From the NCBI GenBank assembly GCA_031276175.1, contig JAISNP010000045.1:6262-70261 (forward strand): DNA of 64,000 bases, written 5' to 3'. The stretch is from Tannerella sp. (lineage in GTDB: Bacteria; Bacteroidota; Bacteroidia; Bacteroidales; Tannerellaceae). The position numbers and the translations under genes are program-made. Of the stretch, positions 56,466 to 64,000 are shown one piece after another; within the stretch, counting starts at the first letter, position 1; the number at the start of each line of letters is the position of its first letter. The notes under the pieces were generated by a model. That model made no database searches. It had not been told where the DNA came from and saw nothing but the letters and a program-made list of their open reading frames with translations.

Positions 56466-58298
56466 ATGCAACACGCATTACGAAGTGCAATCAGTACGCA
56501 GGGACGCCTCATGGCAGGCGCAAGGGCGCTGTGGATGGCCGGAGGCATGAAGAAGACGCAGTTGGGCAGGCCTGTGATAGCTATCGCCAATTCGTTCACC
56601 CAGTTTGTGCCCGGACATGTGCATCTGCACGAAGCCGGGCAGCTGGTGAAAGCCGAAATCGAGCGTGCCGGATGCTTTGCGGCGGAGTTCAACACGATAG
56701 CGATCGACGACGGCATCGCGATGGGGCACGACGGGATGCTTTACTCCCTGCCCTCGCGCGACATCATTGCCGACAGCGTCGAATACATGGTGAACGCCCA
56801 CAAGGCCGACGCGCTGGTCTGCATCGGCAATTGCGACAAGATTACGCCCGGAATGTTGATGGCAGCCATGCGGCTGAACATCCCCGCCGTGTTCGTATCG
56901 GGCGGCCCGATGGAAGCCGGACGGCTGGGCGAACGACGGCTGGACTTGATCGACGCCATGGTGGCCGCCGCAGATACGGACGTGACGGACGACGAGGTGC
57001 GGCAAATCGAAGAGGCGGCATGTCCCACGTGCGGCTCCTGTTCGGGCATGTTTACCGCCAACTCCATGAACTGCCTGAACGAGGCCATCGGGCTGGCGCT
57101 GCCCGGCAACGGCACGATCGTGGCCACGCACGCCAATCGCCTGCAACTCTTCAGAGATGCCGCCGCGCTGATTGTTCGCAACGCATACAGGTATTACGAT
57201 GAGGGAGACGACGCCGTCCTGCCGCGCAGCATCGCTTCGCGCGCCGCCTTCCTGAACGCCATGACGCTCGACATAGCGATGGGCGGCTCAACCAACACCG
57301 TGCTGCATCTCCTCGCCATTGCCCGCGAGGCAGGCGTGGATTTTACGATGGACGACATCGACGCCCTCTCGCGCCGCTCGCCATGCCTCTGCAAAGTCGC
57401 GCCGAACTCGGCGAAATACCACGTGCAGGACGTGAACCGCGCCGGAGGCGTGCTCGCCATCATGGCGGAACTTGCACGGGGCGGACTGCTGGATACCTCC
57501 GTCGCCCGCGTGGACGGCCTGACGCTGGCCGAAGCGCTGAACAGGTACGACATTGCCGGCAAACATCCCTGCGACGAGGCGACACGGATATACCGCAGCG
57601 CGCCGGCAAACGTCTTCAGCCTGAAAATGGGTTCGCAAACCACGTATTACGACACGACGGACACCGACCGCGCCGAAGGCTGCATCCGCGACACGGCACA
57701 TGCGTATTCGCCCGACGGGGGACTGGCCGTACTGAAAGGCAACATCGCCGCGGACGGATGCGTCGTCAAGACGGCCGGCGTGGACGAAAGCCTGCTGACT
57801 TTCACCGGTACGGCCAAAGTGTTTCATTCGCAGGAAGACGCCTGCGAAGGCATCCTGAACGGAGCGGTGCAGGCGGGAGACGTGGTTGTCATCATCTACG
57901 AAGGCCCGAAAGGAGGCCCCGGTATGCAGGAAATGCTCTATCCCACTTCCTACATCAAATCCATGCACCTCGGCAAATCGTGCGCCCTGATTACCGACGG
58001 TCGCTTCAGCGGAGGCACTTCGGGATTGAGCATCGGGCACGTTTCGCCCGAAGCGGCTTCGGGCGGAGCGATCGGACTGCTGCGCAACGGCGACGTGATA
58101 ACGCTTGATATTCCGCACCGCACAATCCACGCACAACTGACCGCCGAAGAACTGGCCGCCCGCCGTGCGGAAGAAGAGGCCAAAGGCGCGACGGCATGGA
58201 AACCCGTGCGCAACAGGCCTGTCCCGCAATCGCTCCGCGCCTATGCCCGGATGGTATCTTCGGCCGACAAAGGCGGGGTGAGGATCGTGGAAGACTGA
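56466..58298 (+). CDS. ilvD: Dihydroxy-acid dehydratase
   Basis: 610 aa with N-terminal [10 protein letters not shown] and the motifs [11 protein letters not shown] and [16 protein letters not shown]. Confidence 0.93.
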   Translation: MQHALRSAISTQGRLMAGARALWMAGGMKKTQLGRPVIAIANSFTQFVPGHVHLHEAGQLVKAEIERAGCFAAEFNTIAIDDGIAMGHDGMLYSLPSRDIIADSVEYMVNAHKADALVCIGNCDKITPGMLMAAMRLNIPAVFVSGGPMEAGRLGERRLDLIDAMVAAADTDVTDDEVRQIEEAACPTCGSCSGMFTANSMNCLNEAIGLALPGNGTIVATHANRLQLFRDAAALIVRNAYRYYDEGDDAVLPRSIASRAAFLNAMTLDIAMGGSTNTVLHLLAIAREAGVDFTMDDIDALSRRSPCLCKVAPNSAKYHVQDVNRAGGVLAIMAELARGGLLDTSVARVDGLTLAEALNRYDIAGKHPCDEATRIYRSAPANVFSLKMGSQTTYYDTTDTDRAEGCIRDTAHAYSPDGGLAVLKGNIAADGCVVKTAGVDESLLTFTGTAKVFHSQEDACEGILNGAVQAGDVVVIIYEGPKGGPGMQEMLYPTSYIKSMHLGKSCALITDGRFSGGTSGLSIGHVSPEAASGGAIGLLRNGDVITLDIPHRTIHAQLTAEELAARRAEEEAKGATAWKPVRNRPVPQSLRAYARMVSSADKGGVRIVED

Positions 58299-58345
58299 AC
58301 GCACGGAATGAAAGAAACGAACAACGGAAGACGAATACGATAATA

Positions 58346-60052
58346 ATGACAAAACTTATGGAAAAAGACAGGATAACAGGCTCGGAAGCATTGCTCCGCA
58401 CCTTGTTGGCCGAAGGCGTGGACTGTATATTCGGCTATCCGGGCGGGCAGGCCATTCCGATATATGACTGCCTATACGACTACACGGACAGGCTGCGGCA
58501 CGTGCTCGTCCGCCACGAACAGGGCGCGACACATGCGGCGCAGGGATATGCGCGCGTGAGCGGCAAGCCGGGTGTGGCAATCGTCACCTCCGGCCCGGGC
58601 GCCACCAACACGATTACCGGCATCGCGGACGCCATGATCGACAGTACGCCGATCGTGGTCATCACCGGGCAGGTACCCTCGCCGCTGCTGGGGACGGACG
58701 CCTTTCAGGAAGTCGATATGATAGGCATCGCCCTGCCGATAACGAAGTGGGCTTATCAGGTGCGCAAGGCCGAAGAGATTGCATGGGCTGTCTCGCGGGC
58801 GTTTTACATCGCCTCGTCGGGACGCCCCGGCCCGGTGCTGATCGACATCTCCAAAGATGCGCAGGTGGGAATGGCAGACTACGTGTATCAGCCCGTACGA
58901 TTCATCCGCAGCTACCAGCCGACGCCCGAAATGAATCTCGAAAACGTGGCCGCCGCCGCCGACCTGATCAACGCCGCCCGCCGCCCCTTCGTCCTGGCAG
59001 GGCAGGGCGTGATGCTGAGCGGAGCCGAGCGGGAACTGGTTGCTTTCCTGGAAAAGGGCGACATTCCCGCCGCCACTACGATGCTGGGGCTTTCGTCCCT
59101 CCCCTCCGACCACCGGCTGAACAAGGGAATGTTGGGTATGCACGGAAACATAGGCCCGAACCGCAAGACGAACGAATGTGACGTACTGATTGCCGTCGGG
59201 ATGCGGTTTGACGACCGCGTGACGGGCGACTTAAATTCCTATGCCCGTCAGGCAAAGATTATCCACATAGACATCGACCTTTCGGAGATAGACAAGAACG
59301 TCCCCGTCGACATTCCCCTGCCGGGCGATGCGAAGGAAATCCTTTCCGCCCTCACGAAACGCCTGAAGCCCGCAAAACACGACGCATGGATAGCCGCGTT
59401 CGACGCCGACGCGCAGGAAGAAGACATCAAGGTCATACGGAAAGAAATCCATCCCGCGTCAGGTCCCCTGCGCATGGGCGAAGTGATACGGAAAGTCTCG
59501 GAAGCCACCGGACACGACGCCGTGCTCGCTACCGACGTGGGGCAAAACCAGATGATGAGCGTGCGCTACTTCAAGTTCAGGCATACGCGCAGCCTGATTT
59601 CTTCCGGCGGACTGGGCACAATGGGATACGGCCTGCCGGCAGCCATCGGCGCGAAAATAGGCGCGCCGGAACGGACGGTCTGTTGCTTTGTGGGCGACGG
59701 CGGCTTGCAGATGACTTTGCAGGAGCTGGGCACCATCATGCAGGAGAACCTCGACCTGAAGATCATCCTCCTGAACAACGATTCCCTCGGGATGGTGCGC
59801 CAGTGGCAGGAACTGTTCTGGCACGAGCGATACTCGTTTACGATGATGGAAAACCCCGACTTCGTGGCCATCGCCCGCGCCTACCGGCTGGGTGCACGGG
59901 CTGTTTCCGCACGCGAAGAACTGGACGACGCCATCCGCGAAATGCTCGACCACGACGGCGGATACCTGCTTGTCGCCCACGTGGAAAAGGCGGGGATGGT
60001 TTATCCGATGGTACCCGCCGGAAAGAGCCTGAACGACATGATTGTGGAATAA
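58346..60052 (+). CDS. ilvB: Acetolactate synthase large subunit (biosynthetic type)
   Basis: 568 aa with the ThDP motif GGLGTMGYGLPAAIGA...GDGG and an N-terminal GYPGG. Confidence 0.93.
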   Translation: MTKLMEKDRITGSEALLRTLLAEGVDCIFGYPGGQAIPIYDCLYDYTDRLRHVLVRHEQGATHAAQGYARVSGKPGVAIVTSGPGATNTITGIADAMIDSTPIVVITGQVPSPLLGTDAFQEVDMIGIALPITKWAYQVRKAEEIAWAVSRAFYIASSGRPGPVLIDISKDAQVGMADYVYQPVRFIRSYQPTPEMNLENVAAAADLINAARRPFVLAGQGVMLSGAERELVAFLEKGDIPAATTMLGLSSLPSDHRLNKGMLGMHGNIGPNRKTNECDVLIAVGMRFDDRVTGDLNSYARQAKIIHIDIDLSEIDKNVPVDIPLPGDAKEILSALTKRLKPAKHDAWIAAFDADAQEEDIKVIRKEIHPASGPLRMGEVIRKVSEATGHDAVLATDVGQNQMMSVRYFKFRHTRSLISSGGLGTMGYGLPAAIGAKIGAPERTVCCFVGDGGLQMTLQELGTIMQENLDLKIILLNNDSLGMVRQWQELFWHERYSFTMMENPDFVAIARAYRLGARAVSAREELDDAIREMLDHDGGYLLVAHVEKAGMVYPMVPAGKSLNDMIVE

Positions 60053-60054
60053 AG

Positions 60055-60621
60055 ATGAAGATTATGCAGAACAGGGAATTATATACGGTAATCATCTTCT
60101 CGGAAAACACGGTGGGGCTTTTGAACCAGATTGCCATCATCTTCACGAGAAGGCAACTGAACATTGAAACGCTGTCCGTTTCGCCCTCCGCCATCGAAGG
60201 CATACACAAGTTTACCATCACGACCTTTGCCGACGTCGACACGATAGACAAGGTGGTAAAACAGATAGACAAGCGCGTGGACATCCTGAAGGCGTACTAC
60301 AACACGGACGAAGATCTCGTCTATCAGGAAATTGCACTCTACAAGCTGGCCACCGACCGGTTCCTGAAGCTGAAATCGGTAGAGGAACTTGTCCGCAAAT
60401 ACGGCGCGCGCGTGCTGGAAATCAACGAAACATGCGTGGTGCTTGAGAAAAACGGCCACTACGAAGAGACGCAGGCGCTCTTCCGCGAACTGAGCGAACG
60501 CATCGGCGTGCTGCAATTCATCCGTTCGGGGCGGATTGCCATCACCCGGAGCAAGGTGGAACGGCTGAGCGACATGCTGAAAGCAATGAAAGACCGTCTC
60601 GAAAGAAAAAGCAATGGATAG
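60055..60621 (+). CDS. ilvN: Acetolactate synthase small (regulatory) subunit
   Basis: 188 aa with an ACT-domain N-terminus (YTVIIFSENTVGLLNQI). It follows ilvB after 2 intervening bp. Confidence 0.88.
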   Translation: MKIMQNRELYTVIIFSENTVGLLNQIAIIFTRRQLNIETLSVSPSAIEGIHKFTITTFADVDTIDKVVKQIDKRVDILKAYYNTDEDLVYQEIALYKLATDRFLKLKSVEELVRKYGARVLEINETCVVLEKNGHYEETQALFRELSERIGVLQFIRSGRIAITRSKVERLSDMLKAMKDRLERKSNG

Positions 60622-61342
60622 CACGGGCACATATCCGTTCGTCACCGAATCATACCAACTCGATTTCAGGGGGCGCGTCACCCTCCCGACGATAGGGAAC
60701 TACATGCTGCACGCCGCCTCGCGCCATGCCGCCTCGCGCGGGTTCGGATTCGGAGACATGTCCGAGAGACACGCCGCATGGGTGCTCTCGCGGATGGCTA
60801 TTGAGATGACGGAATACCCGACCTTGTCGACGGGAACGCTCACCCTGCACACGTGGATCAGCGACGTCAGCCGCCTCTTCACCAGTCGCTGTTTCGAACT
60901 GGACGATGCCGGCGGCAAGCCTCTCGGATATGCACATTCCACGTGGGCAGCCATCGACATGGCTACCCGCCGCCCCATATCCCTGGACGAAGAAGCCTTG
61001 CGAGCGTACCTGACCGACCGCCCCTTTCCCGTCCGGCGGCCGGGAAAGATGCCGGCTATCGAAACGTCGACGCCGGGCGAACCGTACCGGATCAAATACA
61101 GCGACCTGGATGTGAACGGACACTTCAACAGCATCAAGTACATGGAACATATGCTGGACATGTTCGACATCGCCCGGTTTGAACAGCAGGAAGTGCGGCG
61201 TTTCGAAATCGCCTACCTGTCGGAAAGCACCGGCGGAATGTCGCTGACCATGCACATGGCGGATGCCGGCAGCGGACGCTACCACATGGCCGTCTGCTGT
61301 GCAGGCAAAGCCCTGTGCCGCGCTTCGGTCGTCTGGGAATAA
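60614..61342 (+). CDS. Acyl-[acyl-carrier-protein] thioesterase family protein
   Basis: 242 aa in a double hotdog (FatA/B-like) pattern (..YQLDFRGRVT.., ..YSDLDVNGHFNSIKY..). Overlaps ilvN by 8 bp. Confidence 0.8.
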   Translation: MDSTGTYPFVTESYQLDFRGRVTLPTIGNYMLHAASRHAASRGFGFGDMSERHAAWVLSRMAIEMTEYPTLSTGTLTLHTWISDVSRLFTSRCFELDDAGGKPLGYAHSTWAAIDMATRRPISLDEEALRAYLTDRPFPVRRPGKMPAIETSTPGEPYRIKYSDLDVNGHFNSIKYMEHMLDMFDIARFEQQEVRRFEIAYLSESTGGMSLTMHMADAGSGRYHMAVCCAGKALCRASVVWE

Positions 61343-61408
61343 CGAAACGGAAGCATACACGATATACATATACATTAAATAATACACGAATCACTAAACT
61401 TAAGAAGT

Positions 61409-62464
61409 ATGGCAATCATGAATTTTGGCGGCGTGGACGAGAACGTAGTCACCCGCGACGAATTTCCCCTGGGAAAAGCAAGAGAAGTATTGAAAGACGA
61501 GACCATCGCCGTGATAGGCTACGGCGTGCAGGGACCGGGACAAAGCATGAATCTGCGCGATAACGGATTCAAAGTAATTGTCGGCCAGCGCAAGGGCGGC
61601 AAGACGTGGGACAAGGCGGTAGCCGACGGCTGGACGCCGGGCGAAACGCTGTTTGAAATCGAAGAAGCCTGCCGGCGGGGCAGCATCATCCAGTACCTGC
61701 TCTCCGACGCGGCGCAGATAGAAGTATGGCCGCGCATCGCGAAATACCTGACGCCGGGCAAGGCGCTCTATTTCTCGCACGGCTTCGGCATCACCTACAA
61801 GGAACGCACCGGCATCATTCCCCCCGCAGACATCGACGTGATCCTCGTCGCGCCGAAAGGCTCCGGCACCTCGCTGCGACGGATGTTCCTTCAGGGACGC
61901 GGGCTGAACTCCTCGTATGCCGTCTTTCAGGACGCCACGGGGCGCGCAACAGCACGCGCCGTAGCGCTGGGCATCGGCGTAGGCTCCGGATACCTGTTTG
62001 AAACCACGTTCAAAAAAGAAGTCTATTCCGACCTGACGGGCGAACGCGGCACGCTGATGGGCGCCATTCAGGGACTGCTGCTCGCACAGTATGAAACCCT
62101 GCGCGAACACGGACACAGCCCCTCGGAAGCGTTCAACGAAACCGTCGAAGAACTGACGCAGTCGCTGATGCCCCTCTTTGCCGAAAACGGAATGGACTGG
62201 ATGTATGCCAACTGCTCAACAACCGCCCAGCGCGGCGCACTGGACTGGATGGGCGCTTTTCACGACGCCACGAAACCCGTCTTTGAAAAACTGTACACTG
62301 AAGTGGCCGCCGGCCGCGAAGCGCAGCGCTCAATAGACACGAACAGCAAGCCGGACTATCGCGCCGGCCTGGAGCGCGAACTGCAGGCGCTCCGCGAAAG
62401 CGAAATGTGGCAAGCCGGAGCCGTAGTGCGCAAACTGCGCCCGGAAGCCGGCGCCGGATTGTAA
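61409..62464 (+). CDS. ilvC: Ketol-acid reductoisomerase (class I)
   Basis: 351 aa with the NADP-binding motif GYGVQGPGQSMNLRDNG. Confidence 0.93.
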   Translation: MAIMNFGGVDENVVTRDEFPLGKAREVLKDETIAVIGYGVQGPGQSMNLRDNGFKVIVGQRKGGKTWDKAVADGWTPGETLFEIEEACRRGSIIQYLLSDAAQIEVWPRIAKYLTPGKALYFSHGFGITYKERTGIIPPADIDVILVAPKGSGTSLRRMFLQGRGLNSSYAVFQDATGRATARAVALGIGVGSGYLFETTFKKEVYSDLTGERGTLMGAIQGLLLAQYETLREHGHSPSEAFNETVEELTQSLMPLFAENGMDWMYANCSTTAQRGALDWMGAFHDATKPVFEKLYTEVAAGREAQRSIDTNSKPDYRAGLERELQALRESEMWQAGAVVRKLRPEAGAGL

Positions 62465-62645
62465 ACCAAAGCGACAAGGCGCATCATTTGATTATAATAC
62501 CGTACGCGGGGTGGTTTTTCATAAAGCCATCCCGCGTGAAGTACAGGGCGGGCGTAAAACCCCGTCCCGTCCGCACAGGACGCATCGCTTCGAACGAAGC
62601 GAACACATCGCTCCGAGAAGAACGAACAAAAAAATACGCCGACTG

Positions 62646-62865
62646 CCGCCAAAACCATGAAAAAAGTCGGAAACCTGCTTCATACCAGCGGCAGAACCGC
62701 AAAAACACGCGAAAACCTGCTTCGTACCAGCGGCAGAACCGCAAAAGCAGACGGATTCATACTTCGTACCAGCGGCAGAACCATAAAAACACGCGAAAAC
62801 CTGCTTCGTACCAGCGGCAGAACCGCAAAAACAGACGAAAACATGGTTCTGCCGCAAGTATGCGA
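62646..62865. repeat. Tandem array F: about 5 units of 42 bp (ACCAGCGGCAGAACCGCAAAA + ACACGCGAAAACCTGCTTCGT)
   Basis: ACCAGCGG starts at 62684, 62726, 62768 and 62810. The array ends in the hairpin GGCAGAACC-N20-GGTTCTGCC (62816-62853). Confidence 0.9.
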
Positions 62866-62983
62866 CTTAAAACCGAAAATAGACCCGCTTCCGGTTTATG
62901 TGCAGACAGTCATTAAGCAAATATGGAGCCTTATGAAAGGCGTTTTTTTGCAATAATTTCATGAGGTGAACCGGATTTATACT

Positions 62984-62991
62984 TACCTTTG
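62984..62991 (+). promoter_or_regulatory. -7 promoter box TACCTTTG
   Basis: Matches TAnnTTTG 30 nt before the ATG at 63021. Confidence 0.55.
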
Positions 62992-63020
62992 CGGACACAA
63001 AAAAAATTTATGGAAGTTGT

Positions 63021-63833
63021 ATGAAAAATTACTGTACACAATTTACGGGAGCGGTGTGTTTTGCCGTCCTTTTATGTCTTGCCGGATGCGAAGCGCATGA
63101 AATCGTGCCGCTCGATGGGAAAATCAAAATGGTGGATACCATATACGGCAGGGGATTGACGGGTTATTCGATTGATTCCGTCTACAGTGAGTTTGTTTAT
63201 ATCACCAACGCAAAGAATGTGCTGCTTTCCGGATTGCGCAAGGGTATTATTTCCGGCAATGGATCCGTGGAGTGGGAGACGAATGATGCGGTCATCAGGT
63301 ATGGAGAGGGAAGCGGAGACATCATTTATTCGTACAGGGGAAAACTTGTCGAAATCATCCTGAACGATAATTATTATGCCGAAGACGTCACGACACACGA
63401 GTACGGGCGCCTGGTGTCCAAAGTAAGTTACGGCTACAATCCGGCGGGCTACCTGAGTGTGGCACGCATCGAGCGTCCCGGTCAAACGCCCGTCATGGTA
63501 TACTACAATTATCCCGACTTGCAAAACCCGACCGGTTCGGGCGAAATCGTCATTGAGGAACATCCCGAAGCGGCGGTTTACCGTATCCCGCTGGCTACGG
63601 TCGACGACAACGGGACGCCGAAAAAACAGGAAAACGACGCATACATCTGCAACGTGCTAAGCTACGGCAATTCGTCCATGACCAACGAATACGTCATCAA
63701 TCCCGACCTGTATTACCTCGGACTGTACGGTGTCCCGTTCAAATACTTGCCCGACGTGATGATTGAAAAAAGCGTCCGCCCCCTGTCGGCAACATCCCTT
63801 GTCCGCGTGGGCAACAGCCGCTATTATTATTGA
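63021..63833 (+). CDS. Hypothetical lipoprotein
   Basis: 270 aa with a signal peptide and lipobox (LLCLAGC). I recognise no family. Confidence 0.55.
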   Translation: MKNYCTQFTGAVCFAVLLCLAGCEAHEIVPLDGKIKMVDTIYGRGLTGYSIDSVYSEFVYITNAKNVLLSGLRKGIISGNGSVEWETNDAVIRYGEGSGDIIYSYRGKLVEIILNDNYYAEDVTTHEYGRLVSKVSYGYNPAGYLSVARIERPGQTPVMVYYNYPDLQNPTGSGEIVIEEHPEAAVYRIPLATVDDNGTPKKQENDAYICNVLSYGNSSMTNEYVINPDLYYLGLYGVPFKYLPDVMIEKSVRPLSATSLVRVGNSRYYY

Positions 63834-64000
63834 AGCAAGGCGCGTTCGATGGCTTTCATCAGGTTGTCGAACTCTTTTTTTTCGTATCCTTTTGCGATGA
63901 AGATGATTTTCCCCTGCTTGTCCGTCAGGTACGAGCGGGGGATTAACTGTCTTGCAAACGCGGCGAATATTTTGCGATCCTTGTCGGGATAGAGCGGAAA
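63827..64000 (-). CDS. Thioredoxin-fold (TlpA/AhpC-TSA-like) protein, C-terminal part only (runs off the window)
   Basis: My own translation of the minus strand gives ..LYPDKDRKIFAAFARQLIPRSYLTDKQGKIIFIAKGYEKKEFDNLMKAIERALLQ*. The IPRSYL.DKQGKI block is typical of TlpA-like proteins. It overlaps the convergent gene by 7 bp. Confidence 0.5.
   Translation of the reverse strand, partial: FPLYPDKDRKIFAAFARQLIPRSYLTDKQGKIIFIAKGYEKKEFDNLMKAIERALLQ

Noticed and set aside
62646-62865. CRISPR array (considered for all arrays, especially F and D)
   Set aside because: The units are only 21 bp, the 'spacers' are variants of one another rather than unique, the arrays have only 5-19 units with no leader or cas genes in 64 kb, and the periods are exact tandem repeats.

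Overview
High-GC (upper 50s % by eye) Bacteroidales chromosomal segment, probably Alistipes/Rikenellaceae-like. The taxon call is an inference from T9SS C-terminal sorting domains, a SusD remnant, DUF4783/DUF4294-type genes, and TAnnTTTG promoter boxes placed correctly before most start codons. The coding content is mostly core metabolism: a DUF47-PiT phosphate pair and proC; thrA, an ApgM-like gene and thrC; proB-proA-argF'; folC plus an MFS gene; gpx, ygiQ, ispE and a DEAD-box helicase; nadC, a cyclophilin and cls; mnmA, a CDF exporter and tRNA-Ser(GCT); a ClC channel plus a sugar transferase; a complete tsaE-tsaB-tsaC-tsaD block; and ilvD-ilvB-ilvN-thioesterase-ilvC. Accessory genes are an LRR/T9SS protein, a 1607-aa FG-GAP/T9SS protein, a GH36 alpha-galactosidase and several lipoproteins or hypotheticals. 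I found no CRISPR array, integrase, transposase or recognisable defence operon. The unexplained signal lies in the intergenic DNA. Seven tandem-repeat arrays occupy most of the larger gene gaps, and six of them, with mostly unrelated unit sequences, hold a 21-bp or 42-bp register. There are also nested REP/MITE-like palindromic elements of two families (CACGGAG arms and CGAGAT-NNN-ATCTCG hairpins). Many long ORFs on the track are antisense or alternate-frame shadows of real genes, as expected in GC-rich DNA. All family names come from motif recognition by eye; no database search was run.
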